Shown in pieces: positions 63,416 to 64,000 of a DNA stretch of 64,000 bases (positions are counted from its first letter, which is position 1; the number at the start of each line of letters is the position of its first letter). Below the pieces are notes generated by a model that was given only the letters and a program-made list of their open reading frames with translations, had not been told where the DNA came from and did no database searches. The translations under genes were made by a program, and so were the position numbers. Source of the stretch: Ptychomitrium polyphyllum (taxonomy: Eukaryota); contig OZ316775.1 in NCBI GenBank assembly GCA_973851085.1, forward strand, positions 22,692,001 to 22,756,000. Direction: 5' to 3'.

Positions 63416-64000
63416 TAATCAGGACATTGGCCTACATGTATACACTACCAAAAATAAGGATTGATTAAGATTCTTTTAAATATTATGGTATCTTAAAAAG
63501 AGTGTCTTAACTAACCCTCATTCTAGCTAGTAAGAGTTATTATCCAAGCTCAATTTGTAAATACTTCATTTCAAGTTTTAGTAATGATAAGTCTTGTTCC
63601 ATTTGATTTGATTTATTACATAGGCTCCATATTGATAGAACTCGATTTGAGTTATCTTAAAAAAAATCAGTAAGTGGTGAGAATCATACTTAATTTGCAT
63701 TTTGTCAGAACTTCCATATTGAAATAATTTCAGCAATATAATTGATAAAAATTTCAAGTTCTTCAAAAAAGCTTAATACCTTGTCTTGTCGTTGATTAAA
63801 AAAACAATTTGAAGATGGATGCGAAAATGAGATGACTGCCTATATTATAACAATAACTTTCTTCTTTCTTTTTCTTCTCCCATCTCCCATCGAGAAGGTG
63901 TAAACTAGCCCCAAAACAATTTCCTCAAACAATGGGTACATGAGAATTTGATACAGCATAGTTGGTGATCCTGTGAATAGTGATCGACAATAGCCGGTGA

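Overview
Eukaryotic land-plant DNA, most likely a bryophyte (moss-like); the taxon is inferred from the gene and transposon families, not proven. Two gene islands (1-9 kb and 56.7-63.4 kb) flank a ~46 kb nest of mostly dead LTR retrotransposons. The left island has a PX/PH-type phospholipase D zeta with a single coding intron and an apparent 1-nt frameshift near its start, plus an intronless gene for a plastid-targeted membrane protein. The right island has a 5'-truncated glyoxalase I relic, a possible Dabb-domain relic, and an intronless TKL kinase with an MLKL-like helical N-terminus and intact catalytic motifs. The main finding is structural. Two almost identical inverted copies of an old, disabled chromovirus (17.5-25.4 kb and 46.3-53.5 kb) have swapped flanks. 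A host Gypsy element (TSD TTTTG) and a host Copia element (TSD AATTT/AATTC) are each split into halves about 29 kb apart in opposite orientations. This points to a 21-36 kb inversion coupled to DNA-level copying of the element, or to a mis-oriented assembly. All identities and boundaries were judged by eye and no database searches were run.
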